From assembly GCA_031427625.1 (NCBI GenBank), contig JANPNV010000119.1, positions 907 through 64,906 on the forward strand: a DNA stretch of 64,000 nucleotides, written 5' to 3'. The stretch is from Bacteroidota bacterium. GTDB lineage: Bacteria; Bacteroidota; Bacteroidia; AKYH767-A; 2013-40CM-41-45. Made by a program: the position numbers and the translations under genes. Below the pieces are notes generated by a model. It ran no database searches. It was not told the DNA's origin and was given only the letters and a program-made list of their open reading frames with translations. How positions within the stretch are numbered: the first letter of the stretch is position 1; every line of letters begins with the position of its first letter. Positions 10,169 to 19,316 of this stretch are shown here, in pieces.

Positions 10169-10233
10169 AAATCTACAACCATAAGTAGGTTATGAAAGAT
10201 TTTCTATCTTCGCCACCCATAAAAATAAGATAA

Positions 10234-10926
10234 ATGAATAAAAAGATTTTTGCTCTTGCAATCTGTTTCAGCATTGCAACATTGCTTTCCTGCGAAGGCC
10301 AGAAAGGTAAGACTTCTGTTAGCCTGAAATCACAGTCAGATTCTGTTGCTTACGGAATCGGAGTTTCCATTGGTGGAAATATGAAAAAAGATGGACTCGA
10401 TTCTCTGAATCTGGACATCATGAAAGAGGCCATCCGAAGTGCAATAAAAGGCGATAGCCTGTTGCTCGATGCGGGTAAAGCACAAGATGTTATTCAGGAA
10501 TATCTTGCCTCTAAACAAAAACTAAAAGGAAGTTCAACCCTGGAGGCAGGAACTAAATTTCTTGCCGAAAACAAAAAGAAGCAGGGTGTAGTGGAACTTC
10601 CGGACGGACTGCAGTATATGGTCGTAAAGGAAGGAACAGGTCCTAAGCCTACTGCAAGCGATACTGTATCTGTACATTATCACGGAACATTGATTGATGG
10701 TACTGTTTTCGATTCGTCTGTCGAGCGTGGAGAACCGGCTGAGTTTCCAGTAGGTGCAGTAATTCCGGGATGGACAGAGGCGCTTCAATTAATGAAGGTC
10801 GGGTCAAAATACAAACTCTTTATTCCATCCAATCTGGCTTATGGTGAGCGTTCTGCAGGACCAAAAATTAGTGCGAATTCAACATTAATCTTCGATGTCG
10901 AGCTATTAAGCATCAAGGGTAAGTAA
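10234..10926 (+). CDS. FKBP-type peptidyl-prolyl isomerase lipoprotein (Mip/FklB-like)
   Basis: 230 aa with lipobox LLSC. The C-terminal FKBP domain shows VHYHGTLIDGTVFDSS, IPGWTEAL and LIFDVELL. Confidence 0.85.
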   Translation: MNKKIFALAICFSIATLLSCEGQKGKTSVSLKSQSDSVAYGIGVSIGGNMKKDGLDSLNLDIMKEAIRSAIKGDSLLLDAGKAQDVIQEYLASKQKLKGSSTLEAGTKFLAENKKKQGVVELPDGLQYMVVKEGTGPKPTASDTVSVHYHGTLIDGTVFDSSVERGEPAEFPVGAVIPGWTEALQLMKVGSKYKLFIPSNLAYGERSAGPKISANSTLIFDVELLSIKGK

Positions 10927-10949
10927 AAACCATTACCAAATTATTTAAA

Positions 10950-10980
10950 GCCGCCTGTGTTACAGGCGGCTTTTTTGTTT
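10950..10980 (+). terminator. Rho-independent terminator after FKBP gene
   Basis: GCCGCCTGT-gtt-ACAGGCGGC hairpin followed by TTTTTTGTTTTT. Confidence 0.8.
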
Positions 10981-11060
10981 TTAGCCATTTTGAGGACGAC
11001 GATTAATGAAATTAAGTAATAGAAAATCAGCGTATTGCAAAATTATTTAAAAATAATTAG

Positions 11061-11079
11061 TACTATGTGTTGCATAGTA
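11061..11079. promoter_or_regulatory. Palindrome TACTATG-N5-CATAGTA, candidate operator (possibly for the PadR regulator downstream)
   Basis: Perfect 7-bp arms lie 15 nt upstream of the -7 box at 11094-11101, where a -33 element would be expected. Confidence 0.3.
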
Positions 11080-11093
11080 GCTTTCTATAAACA

Positions 11094-11101
11094 TATCTTT
11101 G
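11094..11101 (+). promoter_or_regulatory. Putative -7 box TATCTTTG for DUF2807-padR-pspC operon
   Basis: Matches TAnnTTTG and lies 45 nt upstream of ATG 11147. The TTG start at 11099 in the ORF track lies inside it. Confidence 0.4.
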
Positions 11102-11146
11102 CTGCATCAAATAACAAATGAAACAGACACATTAATCCAATTCCTC

Positions 11147-11749
11147 ATGAGTATCCCTAAAATAATTTTATCGCTAATACTTTTTTTTACTGTTGTCGGA
11201 ATAGCTTGTGCAGAATCAAATGACAATGTAAGGCCAGTTACAGTTCCTGAAAAATTTTACGGAATTGTTATAAACTCAAACATCAATGTAATCCTTTCGC
11301 AAACGGGTGAAAACACAATCATGATTGAGAAAAGAAATGGAGCCGACAGAACAATTAAAGCAACTGTTGAGAATGGAGCACTGGTAATTAATGGTGGTGA
11401 TGATTTGGGAACGACTTTGTATGTGACAGTTGATTACATTGAATTGATTGAGATAAATGGCAAAGGCAGGCTTTACGTAAATGGAAATATAGACAGTGAC
11501 ATTTTACTCCTGAAAGTAAACGGAAGTGGTAGTATGAAGCTGGATGTAAAAACACTTTCGTTGGGGATGATTGTGAAAGGTTCGGGAAAGATAATTGTCT
11601 CAGGAAATACCGGAAAAAGTTTCTTGAGAATTTATGGTCATGGAAATATCTATAAAGATCAGCTCGATTATTTTAATTGTTCCGAAGAAAGGTATCTGGA
11701 TGAAATTCAAAACCAGAAAAAAAGAAAAGGAACACTTAAACTTTATTAA
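11147..11749 (+). CDS. Exported beta-rich protein, DUF2807 (GIN/adhesin-head-like) candidate
   Basis: ATG 11147 gives signal/anchor MSIPKIILSLILFFTVVGIACA. Repeated V/I-x-G-x-G strands and synteny with PadR and PspC genes fit Bacteroidota patterns. Confidence 0.5.
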   Translation: MSIPKIILSLILFFTVVGIACAESNDNVRPVTVPEKFYGIVINSNINVILSQTGENTIMIEKRNGADRTIKATVENGALVINGGDDLGTTLYVTVDYIELIEINGKGRLYVNGNIDSDILLLKVNGSGSMKLDVKTLSLGMIVKGSGKIIVSGNTGKSFLRIYGHGNIYKDQLDYFNCSEERYLDEIQNQKKRKGTLKLY

Positions 11750-11806
11750 TAAAAAAAATAATGATTCAAATAATAATAATTCTGTCACACCCTAAACAAA
11801 TAAGTC

Positions 11807-12154
11807 ATGAGCAACAATCTTGAAAATACACAGGCTCAGATGCGAAGAGGTGTTCTTGAATTCTGTATTCTCTCTATTCTTTCGAATGAAGAAGTATATC
11901 CGTCAGACATCATCAATAGAATGAAGCAGTCAAAACTAATAGTCGTAGAGGGTACGTTATATCCGCTATTGACCCGGCTTAAAAACGGAGGATTGCTGCA
12001 GTATCGATGGGAAGAAAGCAGATCGGGACCACCCCGTAAGTACTATTCGCTAACTCCGCTTGGACATAAATTTTTAGACGAGCTTCGTATCACTTGGAGT
12101 GAACTGGTTGAAGCCGTTAGTCAGACAACAAAAAAAAACGACAATCATGAATAA
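11807..12154 (+). CDS. PadR family transcriptional regulator
   Basis: 115 aa with LEFCILSIL...YPSDI...GTLYPLLTRLKNGGLL...KYYSLTPLG winged-helix signature. Confidence 0.85.
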   Translation: MSNNLENTQAQMRRGVLEFCILSILSNEEVYPSDIINRMKQSKLIVVEGTLYPLLTRLKNGGLLQYRWEESRSGPPRKYYSLTPLGHKFLDELRITWSELVEAVSQTTKKNDNHE

Positions 12155-13910
12155 GACCGTAACAGTAAATATAGGTGGAATTGTTTTCCACATCGATGAA
12201 AATGCATACGAACGTTTCAAATCCTACCTCGAATCGATTCGTAGTCACTTTACGGCTTCCGAAGGTCGCGATGAAATTATGCAGGACATCGAATCGCGTA
12301 TTGCCGAAATGTTTCAGGAAAAAATCAAAGACTCCAAACAGGTAATTACACTTGATGACGTTGATGAGGTTACTGTTTTAATGGGTAGGCCTGAAGAATT
12401 TGGGGAAGAAAAGAAAGCGGAATCAAAAGTAGATGATCATGCTAATGCCTCTGAACCCGTGAAGAAAAGACTGTTCAGGAATCCTGACGATAAACTGATT
12501 GGCGGAGTATGTTCGGGATTAGCATCCTACTTCGGCATAGATCCGGTCTGGATCAGACTGATATTTGCATTCGCATTTTTCTTCTATGGTTCGGGCTTCC
12601 TGCTCTATTTTGTTTTATGGTTTATTATTCCATCGGCAGAAACTACTGCGGAAAAACTTCAGATGAAAGGAGAGGCTATAAATATCGAAACAATTGAAAA
12701 GAATGTAAGAGAAGAACTCGAGCAGGTAAAAAAAAGAATTAATGAAATGCGTGAAGGGAAAAAAGCAGGAAATATCATCTCCAGATTTTTTGAGGCCATC
12801 ATTCAGTTATTCAGATTATTCTTCCTGTTCATCGGAAAACTTCTGGCAGTTTGTTTTATTCTCATTGGGTTTGCAGTAGTATTTGCTTTATTTATTTCAT
12901 TGCTTGCCGTCTTCAATATTCCCGGTGCACATTTTCCTGAATTTTTTAATCAGCTATTTCCGTTCAGCTATCAGTTGGGACTGGCCTTTTTTGGAGTTCT
13001 GCTCGCTATCGGAATTCCATTTATTATGCTGGCCTGGTATGGTGCCCAAATATTATTTAATGCCCGTAAAAGTTCACGTGCAGTAAAAATGGGTGCATTC
13101 GGTTTGTGGATATCCGGATTATTGATTTGTATTTTCCTTGGGTCTTATATTGCAAGAGATTTTTCAGAACGTCAGAGTATTCGTACATCGATAATCCTTC
13201 AGCAGCCAAATTCAAAAAATCTTTATCTGAAACTGGATAAGAAATCGGAAAGTGAAAAAGAATATGAGCATTGGGATGATAATGAATGGAACGGTAATCT
13301 CAGACTATCATTAATGAATGATCAGCTTCAATCGAAAGATATTCAACTTGATATTGTTGAGAGTAATACAGACTCTTTCACCCTGGAACAAATTAGTTAT
13401 GCCAGAGGCCCTTCTAAGAAAGCTGCCGCTGATCATGCATCAAGAAGCAATTATGCATTCGCGCAAAGCGATTCAGTTTTAACGTTCAACCCATATTTTA
13501 CAATCGATAAAAATGCAAAGTACAGAGCACAAAGGATGCAGCTTATACTTCATGTGCCAAAAGGTGGAAAGGTAATCCTCGATAAATCTCTTCATGGCTT
13601 TATCTACGATATTAAAAATATTCAAAATGTTCTTGACCGCGATATGCTTAACCGTACTTGGGAAATGAGGAATGATGGATTCAACTGTGTGAATTGTGAC
13701 GGAACCGAATCTACAATAGGAGGGAAAGGTGCTTTAGAATATGGCAGCCGTGGAAGAATCAGAATTGACGATAACGGCGTCTATATCAGGGGCGACAACA
13801 ACGATGGAATTTCTATCGACAGCAATGGAATCGTCATAAGTAAAAACGGCAAAATAAAAAAAATAAAAAAGAAGGGTATTCATTTTAATATTAATGATGA
13901 ATCGAATTGA
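12147..13910 (+). CDS. PspC domain-containing membrane protein
   Basis: ATG 12147 overlaps the padR stop (ATGAATAA). A PspC domain (RLFRNPDDKLIGGVCSGLASYFGIDPVWIRLIFAF) is followed by several TM segments. Confidence 0.75.
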   Translation: MNKTVTVNIGGIVFHIDENAYERFKSYLESIRSHFTASEGRDEIMQDIESRIAEMFQEKIKDSKQVITLDDVDEVTVLMGRPEEFGEEKKAESKVDDHANASEPVKKRLFRNPDDKLIGGVCSGLASYFGIDPVWIRLIFAFAFFFYGSGFLLYFVLWFIIPSAETTAEKLQMKGEAINIETIEKNVREELEQVKKRINEMREGKKAGNIISRFFEAIIQLFRLFFLFIGKLLAVCFILIGFAVVFALFISLLAVFNIPGAHFPEFFNQLFPFSYQLGLAFFGVLLAIGIPFIMLAWYGAQILFNARKSSRAVKMGAFGLWISGLLICIFLGSYIARDFSERQSIRTSIILQQPNSKNLYLKLDKKSESEKEYEHWDDNEWNGNLRLSLMNDQLQSKDIQLDIVESNTDSFTLEQISYARGPSKKAAADHASRSNYAFAQSDSVLTFNPYFTIDKNAKYRAQRMQLILHVPKGGKVILDKSLHGFIYDIKNIQNVLDRDMLNRTWEMRNDGFNCVNCDGTESTIGGKGALEYGSRGRIRIDDNGVYIRGDNNDGISIDSNGIVISKNGKIKKIKKKGIHFNINDESN

Positions 13911-14266
13911 TAAGTATTCTAGCGATTAATTATTTTTTTGAATGCTTCGGATGTAGATATATTAATTAGGCCTATGATTATATTGCAATCATAGATCTTC
14001 CAATCTGACAGATTTCTGTTCAGACTATCAAGCTGTATTGAGGTAGTTGTCATTCGTATTCTGTTTATATCTTCCCTCGAAGCTCCGGCATACGCACTTC
14101 CTTCTATGTCTTAAGTATTTTTTATTAGAAAATTTATGCACATCGGTGTCAGGTATAAAAAGATTTAGCACATTTGCTTAGAAGCCTATTGATCGTAATG
14201 TAATCAAGGCAAATGTCGGAATGATCGTCCGGATTTTAATTATAATTAAAAGAAAACTAAATACTT

Positions 14267-15313
14267 ATGGCAACAGCAGAATCAAAAGAATCAAAAGAGT
14301 TAAAAGAAACATCAAAGGAAAAATTAAAGGCACTCCAGCTAACGCTTGATAAGTTGGAAAAGACATATGGCAAAGGCACTATTATGAAAATGGGTGATGA
14401 GCCGGTTGAAATGGTAGAATCCATATCTACAGGATCAATAACGTTAGATATTGCACTTGGAATAGGTGGCATACCTAAAGGAAGGGTGGTCGAAATATAC
14501 GGGCCGGAATCTTCAGGAAAGACAACGCTTGCAATACATGCCATTGCTAATGTTCAGAAGAACGGAGGCATTGCAGCCTTTATAGATGCTGAACATGCAT
14601 TCGACAGATTCTATGCACAGAAGCTGGGAGTAGATATTGAAAACTTACTTATGTCTCAGCCCGACAATGGTGAGCAGGCACTTGAGATAGCAGAAAACCT
14701 GATTCGTTCAGGAGCCATTGATATCATCGTCATCGATTCAGTAGCAGCTCTTACGCCTAAGGCTGAAATCGAAGGTGAAATGGGCGAAAGCAAAATGGGT
14801 CTTCAGGCAAGATTGATGTCGCAGGCGCTTCGAAAGCTGACAGGTACCATCAGCCGCACGGGCTGCTGCTGTATTTTTATCAATCAGCTTCGTGAAAAAA
14901 TCGGAATCGTTTTTGGGAATCCGGAAACTACGACAGGCGGAAATGCCCTGAAGTTTTATGCATCTGTTCGTCTTGATATTCGCCGCATCGGTCAGATAAA
15001 AGACGGAGAGAATGTAGTTGGAAATCGCACAAAGGTAAAAGTGGTAAAGAATAAAGTCGCTCCACCTTTCCGTTTAGCGGAATTCGACATCATGTATGGC
15101 GAAGGAATTAGTAAAGTCGGAGAGATTGTCGACCTCGGAGTTGATAAAGGAATAATTAAAAAGGCAGGTTCATGGTTTAGCTACAATGAGACAAAACTTG
15201 GACAAGGAAGGGATGCTGTGAAGCAACTCCTGAATGATAATCCTGAACTTTCCGATGAGATTGAAAAAAAGATTCGCGATATTATGAATGCTGCAAGTCA
15301 GGCATCTTCTTAG
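14267..15313 (+). CDS. recA: Recombinase RecA
   Basis: 348 aa with P-loop GPESSGKTT and the [16 protein letters not shown] and [10 protein letters not shown] blocks. Confidence 0.97.
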   Translation: MATAESKESKELKETSKEKLKALQLTLDKLEKTYGKGTIMKMGDEPVEMVESISTGSITLDIALGIGGIPKGRVVEIYGPESSGKTTLAIHAIANVQKNGGIAAFIDAEHAFDRFYAQKLGVDIENLLMSQPDNGEQALEIAENLIRSGAIDIIVIDSVAALTPKAEIEGEMGESKMGLQARLMSQALRKLTGTISRTGCCCIFINQLREKIGIVFGNPETTTGGNALKFYASVRLDIRRIGQIKDGENVVGNRTKVKVVKNKVAPPFRLAEFDIMYGEGISKVGEIVDLGVDKGIIKKAGSWFSYNETKLGQGRDAVKQLLNDNPELSDEIEKKIRDIMNAASQASS

Positions 15314-15335
15314 TTCTCCTGGAAATAATTATTTT

Positions 15336-15380
15336 CGGCCACAGAAATTTCACATTAAATTCTGTGGCCGTTTGATTTTT
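15336..15380 (+). terminator. Rho-independent terminator after recA
   Basis: CGGCCACAGAA-N13-TTCTGTGGCCG hairpin followed by TTTGATTTTT. Confidence 0.8.
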
Positions 15381-15385
15381 AAGAA

Positions 15386-16411
15386 ATGATGAAAACGAAA
15401 AAATATTTTCCGGGTTTGGAATCTGGCATTTGGATACTGATGTTTATCCTGACGTTAAATGCATGTACTAACAGTGATAAACAAAAATCCGGTGACGAAA
15501 AAGTAGTCAAAGCCGATGAGTTTACCCGATTAAACGAAGATATTGCCGGAAATCCGGGCGATGCCTCCTTATACTTCCGGCGGGCAATCGTTTTTGATCA
15601 AAGAAAAAACCTCAAACAGGCATTCGAAGATATTTCAAAAGCCGTTATGCTGGACTCGGGCAAAGCAACTTATTTTCTATTGCTTGCTGATATCAGTTTT
15701 AAAGGTCTTCAGATTCAAAAGGCAATCAATGCATTTAAAAAAGCTATAGAACTGGAACCAGAGAATAAGGAAGCTCACTTAAAATTATCAGAATTATACC
15801 TGTATCTGAAAGCTTATCCACAATCATTGGCGGAGGCGAATGAAGCATTGAAGATCGACAAGAATGCTGCAAAAGCATATTTTATAAAAGGTTTTGCATA
15901 TAAGGAAACGGCAGACACACCTAAAGCGATATCAAGCTTTCAGACGGCCACAGAACTTCAATCTGATTATTATGATGCCTATATTCAGCTCGGAAATATT
16001 CAGGCAGCCAGAAAAAATTCTATTGCCGTTCAGTATTACAATAATGCACTGCGACTGCAGCCTTCAAGCACAGAAGCATATTATAACCGTGGACTGGCTT
16101 TTCAAAATATGGGCGAACTCGATAAAGCAATTGAGGATTATAAAACGATACTCAAATTAAATATTCGGTATTCAGAGGCGCATTTTAACCTGGGATATAT
16201 TGATCTTGTTTTTAAGAAAGATTATAAATCTGCTATCGCGCATTTTACAGACGCAATTCGTTCCAACGATTTGTATGCGGAGGCATTTTTTAACCGGGGA
16301 CTTGCTTATGAATATTCAGGTAACAAATCTGCTGCAATTAAAGATTACAATGAAGCACTGAAAATTATTCCTACCTATAAATTGGCAAAACAAAAATTAA
16401 AGGGAATGTAG
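15386..16411 (+). CDS. TPR-repeat lipoprotein
   Basis: 341 aa with signal plus lipobox LTLNAC and at least seven 34-aa TPR-like repeats (A..Y..G.....A...F..A..L.P). Confidence 0.8.
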   Translation: MMKTKKYFPGLESGIWILMFILTLNACTNSDKQKSGDEKVVKADEFTRLNEDIAGNPGDASLYFRRAIVFDQRKNLKQAFEDISKAVMLDSGKATYFLLLADISFKGLQIQKAINAFKKAIELEPENKEAHLKLSELYLYLKAYPQSLAEANEALKIDKNAAKAYFIKGFAYKETADTPKAISSFQTATELQSDYYDAYIQLGNIQAARKNSIAVQYYNNALRLQPSSTEAYYNRGLAFQNMGELDKAIEDYKTILKLNIRYSEAHFNLGYIDLVFKKDYKSAIAHFTDAIRSNDLYAEAFFNRGLAYEYSGNKSAAIKDYNEALKIIPTYKLAKQKLKGM

Positions 16412-16420
16412 TGTTGAAAG

Positions 16421-17875
16421 TTAATTTTCTTTGAATAGGGGGAGAAACCGATCTTTCAGATACAGAAAAAATTTCGTCATAAAGAGTATCAGAATAGGAT
16501 AGACGTGAATAAAATATCGCCACTCATTCAACTTTAGCATGACGGTTAACACTATTATCAGACTTATTGGAAAACCAATTATGGCCATATTAAATGGCTC
16601 TAGAAGTTTTGGCAATCCAAATACGATCAGACCAATCGTTCCGAAGAATAGTGGAAACCAATACAAAAGTGTCTGGAATATTTTAAATAGCTTCAGTGGA
16701 AATGTAGTTGGGTTGATATAATAACTCCCACTTTTTATAAATGCACTTTTAATCCTCATAAGTGGAGCGACCAAATAATATTGAACCGGATTGTGCTGCT
16801 TATAGCTTTGTGTCATTTTCGAAAAGCGTGAAGCAATGTAAGTGTCAAGGCTGTCGTTTGCCGTATTCTCTTCAAACCTGGCAATGAGTCCCCGTATCTC
16901 TCGCAGACTGTCAAGGTTATATTCAGGGGCATATGCATAAGAAGGAAATACATATTCGCATTCTCTGTTGCTGCCGGTTGGAAAGAAAAATGTTCCCGCA
17001 GTTCTGCATTTACCTTCCCACCAGATTGCATCACCACCCCATGCACTTAGGAATATGCCACAAGAACTTACGAGTTTTTTACAGGGATAGTACATTGGCT
17101 TTGAGAATAAAATAAACTCCTTGGTATTAATATAATTTCTGATTACCCATGGAGTTAGAAGCAAAAATAAAGGAAGACAAAAAAGAATAAAATCCCTCAT
17201 CGTATTTATTATGCTTTTAGTAAAAATCCAGATTGAAATTCCCATGATAGCCATGTAAGGCAGTAGGAATGGTTTCATCGTTATTGCATAACCGATAAAT
17301 GCTCCGGATATTATTAATTGAATGTTCCTTTTATCTCTAAGCCATTTATGATAAAATACAAATCCAAGCATAAGGAAACTACATGTGAATGATTCTGTAA
17401 TCATTTCGCCCGCATAAAAAGTAATCCACGACGATAATACCAGGAAGGCAAGCGAAGTATAATATCCGGTTTTGGATTTAGTAATCTCGAAAATCATTTT
17501 GGAAAAAGCGAGAATGGCAAAAACTTCAACAAGTATTTGCAAGAAAACAAGGAGGTCGAAAGATATTTTTGAGGAAAATAAAAGGCGGAACATGAGATAA
17601 AATAGTCCGTAATGTGGGGTTCGGATTGTTGTGTAATATTGTTGGGTAAGCTTATTATTAAAAGGCGTAAATTCTGACATGAACATACCGTATGAATCAT
17701 GTTGAAGGTAATTTTCGATGGGCTCAATATATGTTTGAGTGTCGTTACCTTTAATCGCAAGATAATTTCCAATAATGTGTGATTGCCGGAAGTGATGATT
17801 AATGAAAAGCACATAACACAACTTGATTAATAAAACAGTAATGAAAAGGAAAAATGTTTTTTTAGTCGTGAACAT
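16421..17875 (-). CDS. Polytopic membrane protein, GT-C-type (family 39/83-like) glycosyltransferase candidate
   Basis: 484 aa with more than 10 hydrophobic segments and an acidic first-loop motif (GNDTQTYIEP). The family call is tentative. Confidence 0.45.
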   Translation of the reverse strand: MFTTKKTFFLFITVLLIKLCYVLFINHHFRQSHIIGNYLAIKGNDTQTYIEPIENYLQHDSYGMFMSEFTPFNNKLTQQYYTTIRTPHYGLFYLMFRLLFSSKISFDLLVFLQILVEVFAILAFSKMIFEITKSKTGYYTSLAFLVLSSWITFYAGEMITESFTCSFLMLGFVFYHKWLRDKRNIQLIISGAFIGYAITMKPFLLPYMAIMGISIWIFTKSIINTMRDFILFCLPLFLLLTPWVIRNYINTKEFILFSKPMYYPCKKLVSSCGIFLSAWGGDAIWWEGKCRTAGTFFFPTGSNRECEYVFPSYAYAPEYNLDSLREIRGLIARFEENTANDSLDTYIASRFSKMTQSYKQHNPVQYYLVAPLMRIKSAFIKSGSYYINPTTFPLKLFKIFQTLLYWFPLFFGTIGLIVFGLPKLLEPFNMAIIGFPISLIIVLTVMLKLNEWRYFIHVYPILILFMTKFFLYLKDRFLPLFKEN

Positions 17876-17947
17876 TAACTGTAGAGTCTTTGAAGAGTTA
17901 CACTATTCTGATTTAGGAATTGGACTCAAATCTAAAAGAAATACCCA

Positions 17948-17977
17948 TAAAAAAAAGAGAACCGGTTAGGGTTCTCT
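17948..17977 (-). terminator. Rho-independent terminator after rplT
   Basis: On the minus strand, AGAGAACC-ctaacc-GGTTCTCT is followed by a T-run (A-run 17949-17955 on the plus strand). Confidence 0.75.
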
Positions 17978-18013
17978 TCACATTGATTCACTAAAAACTA
18001 TGGCGTAGTTTTT

Positions 18014-18358
18014 TTATTTGACAGAATCAATAACGGCCTTAAAGGCATCAGGATGATTCATTGCCAGATCCGCTAATGTTTTGCGGTTAAGACCGAGATC
18101 CTTTGCATGTATTTTTCCCATTAATTCAGAATAACTAAGGCCATGAAGACGTGCACCTGCGTTTATCCTTTGAATCCATAAAGAGCGGAAATTACGCTTC
18201 TTCGTACGACGGTCACGGTAGGCGTAACCTAATCCTTTTTCAACGGTATTCTTTGCTACTGTTAAAACGTTTCCCCTTGCTCCAAAAAAACCTTTGGAGA
18301 GTTTAAACATTTTTTTTCTGCGGGCGCGCGATGCGACGGCATTGACTGAACGAGGCAT
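18014..18358 (-). CDS. rplT: 50S ribosomal protein L20
   Basis: 114 aa beginning [16 protein letters not shown]..., the full-length L20 pattern. Confidence 0.97.
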   Translation of the reverse strand: MPRSVNAVASRARRKKMFKLSKGFFGARGNVLTVAKNTVEKGLGYAYRDRRTKKRNFRSLWIQRINAGARLHGLSYSELMGKIHAKDLGLNRKTLADLAMNHPDAFKAVIDSVK

Positions 18359-18476
18359 TGTTTTTTAGTTTTTGGCGAAAGCGTCTGACTTAATCAGAAC
18401 TTATATGCTTTTTACCTGGTTAATTATTTTTGAATTTGTTTTATTCTTTAACCGTCCTAGAAGGATGATTGAAGTA

Positions 18477-18671
18477 TTATATCACTAACATCTTCGTCAC
18501 TCTGAACTCATCAGCCGTAGAAACTAATCCGCTATGAGTAAGATTGCGTTTTTGCTTCGTCGATTTCTTAGTAAGAATGTGACTCTTGAAAGCGTGTTTT
18601 CTTTTGATCTTTCCTGTGCCGGTAACTTTGAACCGTTTTTTTGCACCGGAATGGGTTTTCATTTTAGGCAT
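18477..18671 (-). CDS. rpmI: 50S ribosomal protein L35
   Basis: 64 aa beginning [25 protein letters not shown], the L35 signature. Confidence 0.95.
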   Translation of the reverse strand: MPKMKTHSGAKKRFKVTGTGKIKRKHAFKSHILTKKSTKQKRNLTHSGLVSTADEFRVTKMLVI

Positions 18672-18692
18672 TGCCGTGTTTTTATAACTTAT

Positions 18693-19301
18693 TTATTTTT
18701 TCTTTCTTGGAACAGGAGCAAGGTGAATAAACATCCTGTTTCCCTCCAGCTTAGGTAATAACTCAACTTTTCCGCACTCTTCAAGAGCCTGAGCAAACTT
18801 TAGAAGAATGATTTCACCCTTCTCCTTATAAGCAATCGACCTTCCTCTGAAGTGCACATAGGCTTTCACCTTATGTCCCTCGTCGAGGAAATTCATCGCA
18901 TGCTTCACTTTAAAGTTGAAATCATGCTCATCTGTATTCGGTCCGAAGCGTATCTCTTTTACTACTTGTTTGCCTTGTTTCGACTTAAGCTCTTTTTCTT
19001 TTTTCTTTTTATCGTATAAGAATTTCTGATAATCGACTATTCTACATACAGGTGGTTCTGCCGTAGGTACAATTTCCACTAAATCCAATTCCAGATCTTT
19101 TGCCATCTGTAATGCGACTTCTGTTGTATATATGTCGCTCGTAATGTTATCCCCCACAAGCCGAACTTGCGGAACTCGGATTCGATCATTAATACGATGC
19201 TCGTCCTCACGTTTTACCGGACCACGACCGCGTACATATGCGGGGCGTTGTGGTCGGTTAAATACTGCCGGACGTTGATTGCTTGGATTTGGCGCTGCTA
19301 T
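18693..19301 (-). CDS. infC: Translation initiation factor IF-3 (non-canonical start; 5' end uncertain)
   Basis: The ORF-track start (GTG 19157) sits inside the conserved IF3 N-terminal motif (EHRINDRIRVPQVRLVGDN). The frame is open back to the thrS stop with no ATG, GTG or TTG. Candidate starts are ATA at 19299-19301, preceded by AGGAGG, or alternatively ATT at 19191-19193. Confidence 0.8.
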   Translation of the reverse strand: MAAPNPSNQRPAVFNRPQRPAYVRGRGPVKREDEHRINDRIRVPQVRLVGDNITSDIYTTEVALQMAKDLELDLVEIVPTAEPPVCRIVDYQKFLYDKKKKEKELKSKQGKQVVKEIRFGPNTDEHDFNFKVKHAMNFLDEGHKVKAYVHFRGRSIAYKEKGEIILLKFAQALEECGKVELLPKLEGNRMFIHLAPVPRKKK

Positions 19302-19316
19302 TGTAACCTCCTGTTT

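Noticed and set aside
13919-14053. 44-codon minus-strand ORF (MTTTSIQLDSLNRNLSDWKIYDC...) in the 356-bp gap upstream of recA. Small hairpins in the same gap were also considered.
   Set aside because: It has no promoter box, no terminator and no motif. Its length is easily reached by chance in AT-rich DNA. The hairpins are short (7 bp) and unaccompanied by T-runs.
18359-18476. 118-nt spacer between rpmI and rplT, considered as an L20-binding regulatory leader.
   Set aside because: I found only a weak 5-bp hairpin (TCTGA...TCAGA) and no convincing pseudoknot or conserved motif that I can recognise by eye. A covariance-model search would be needed.
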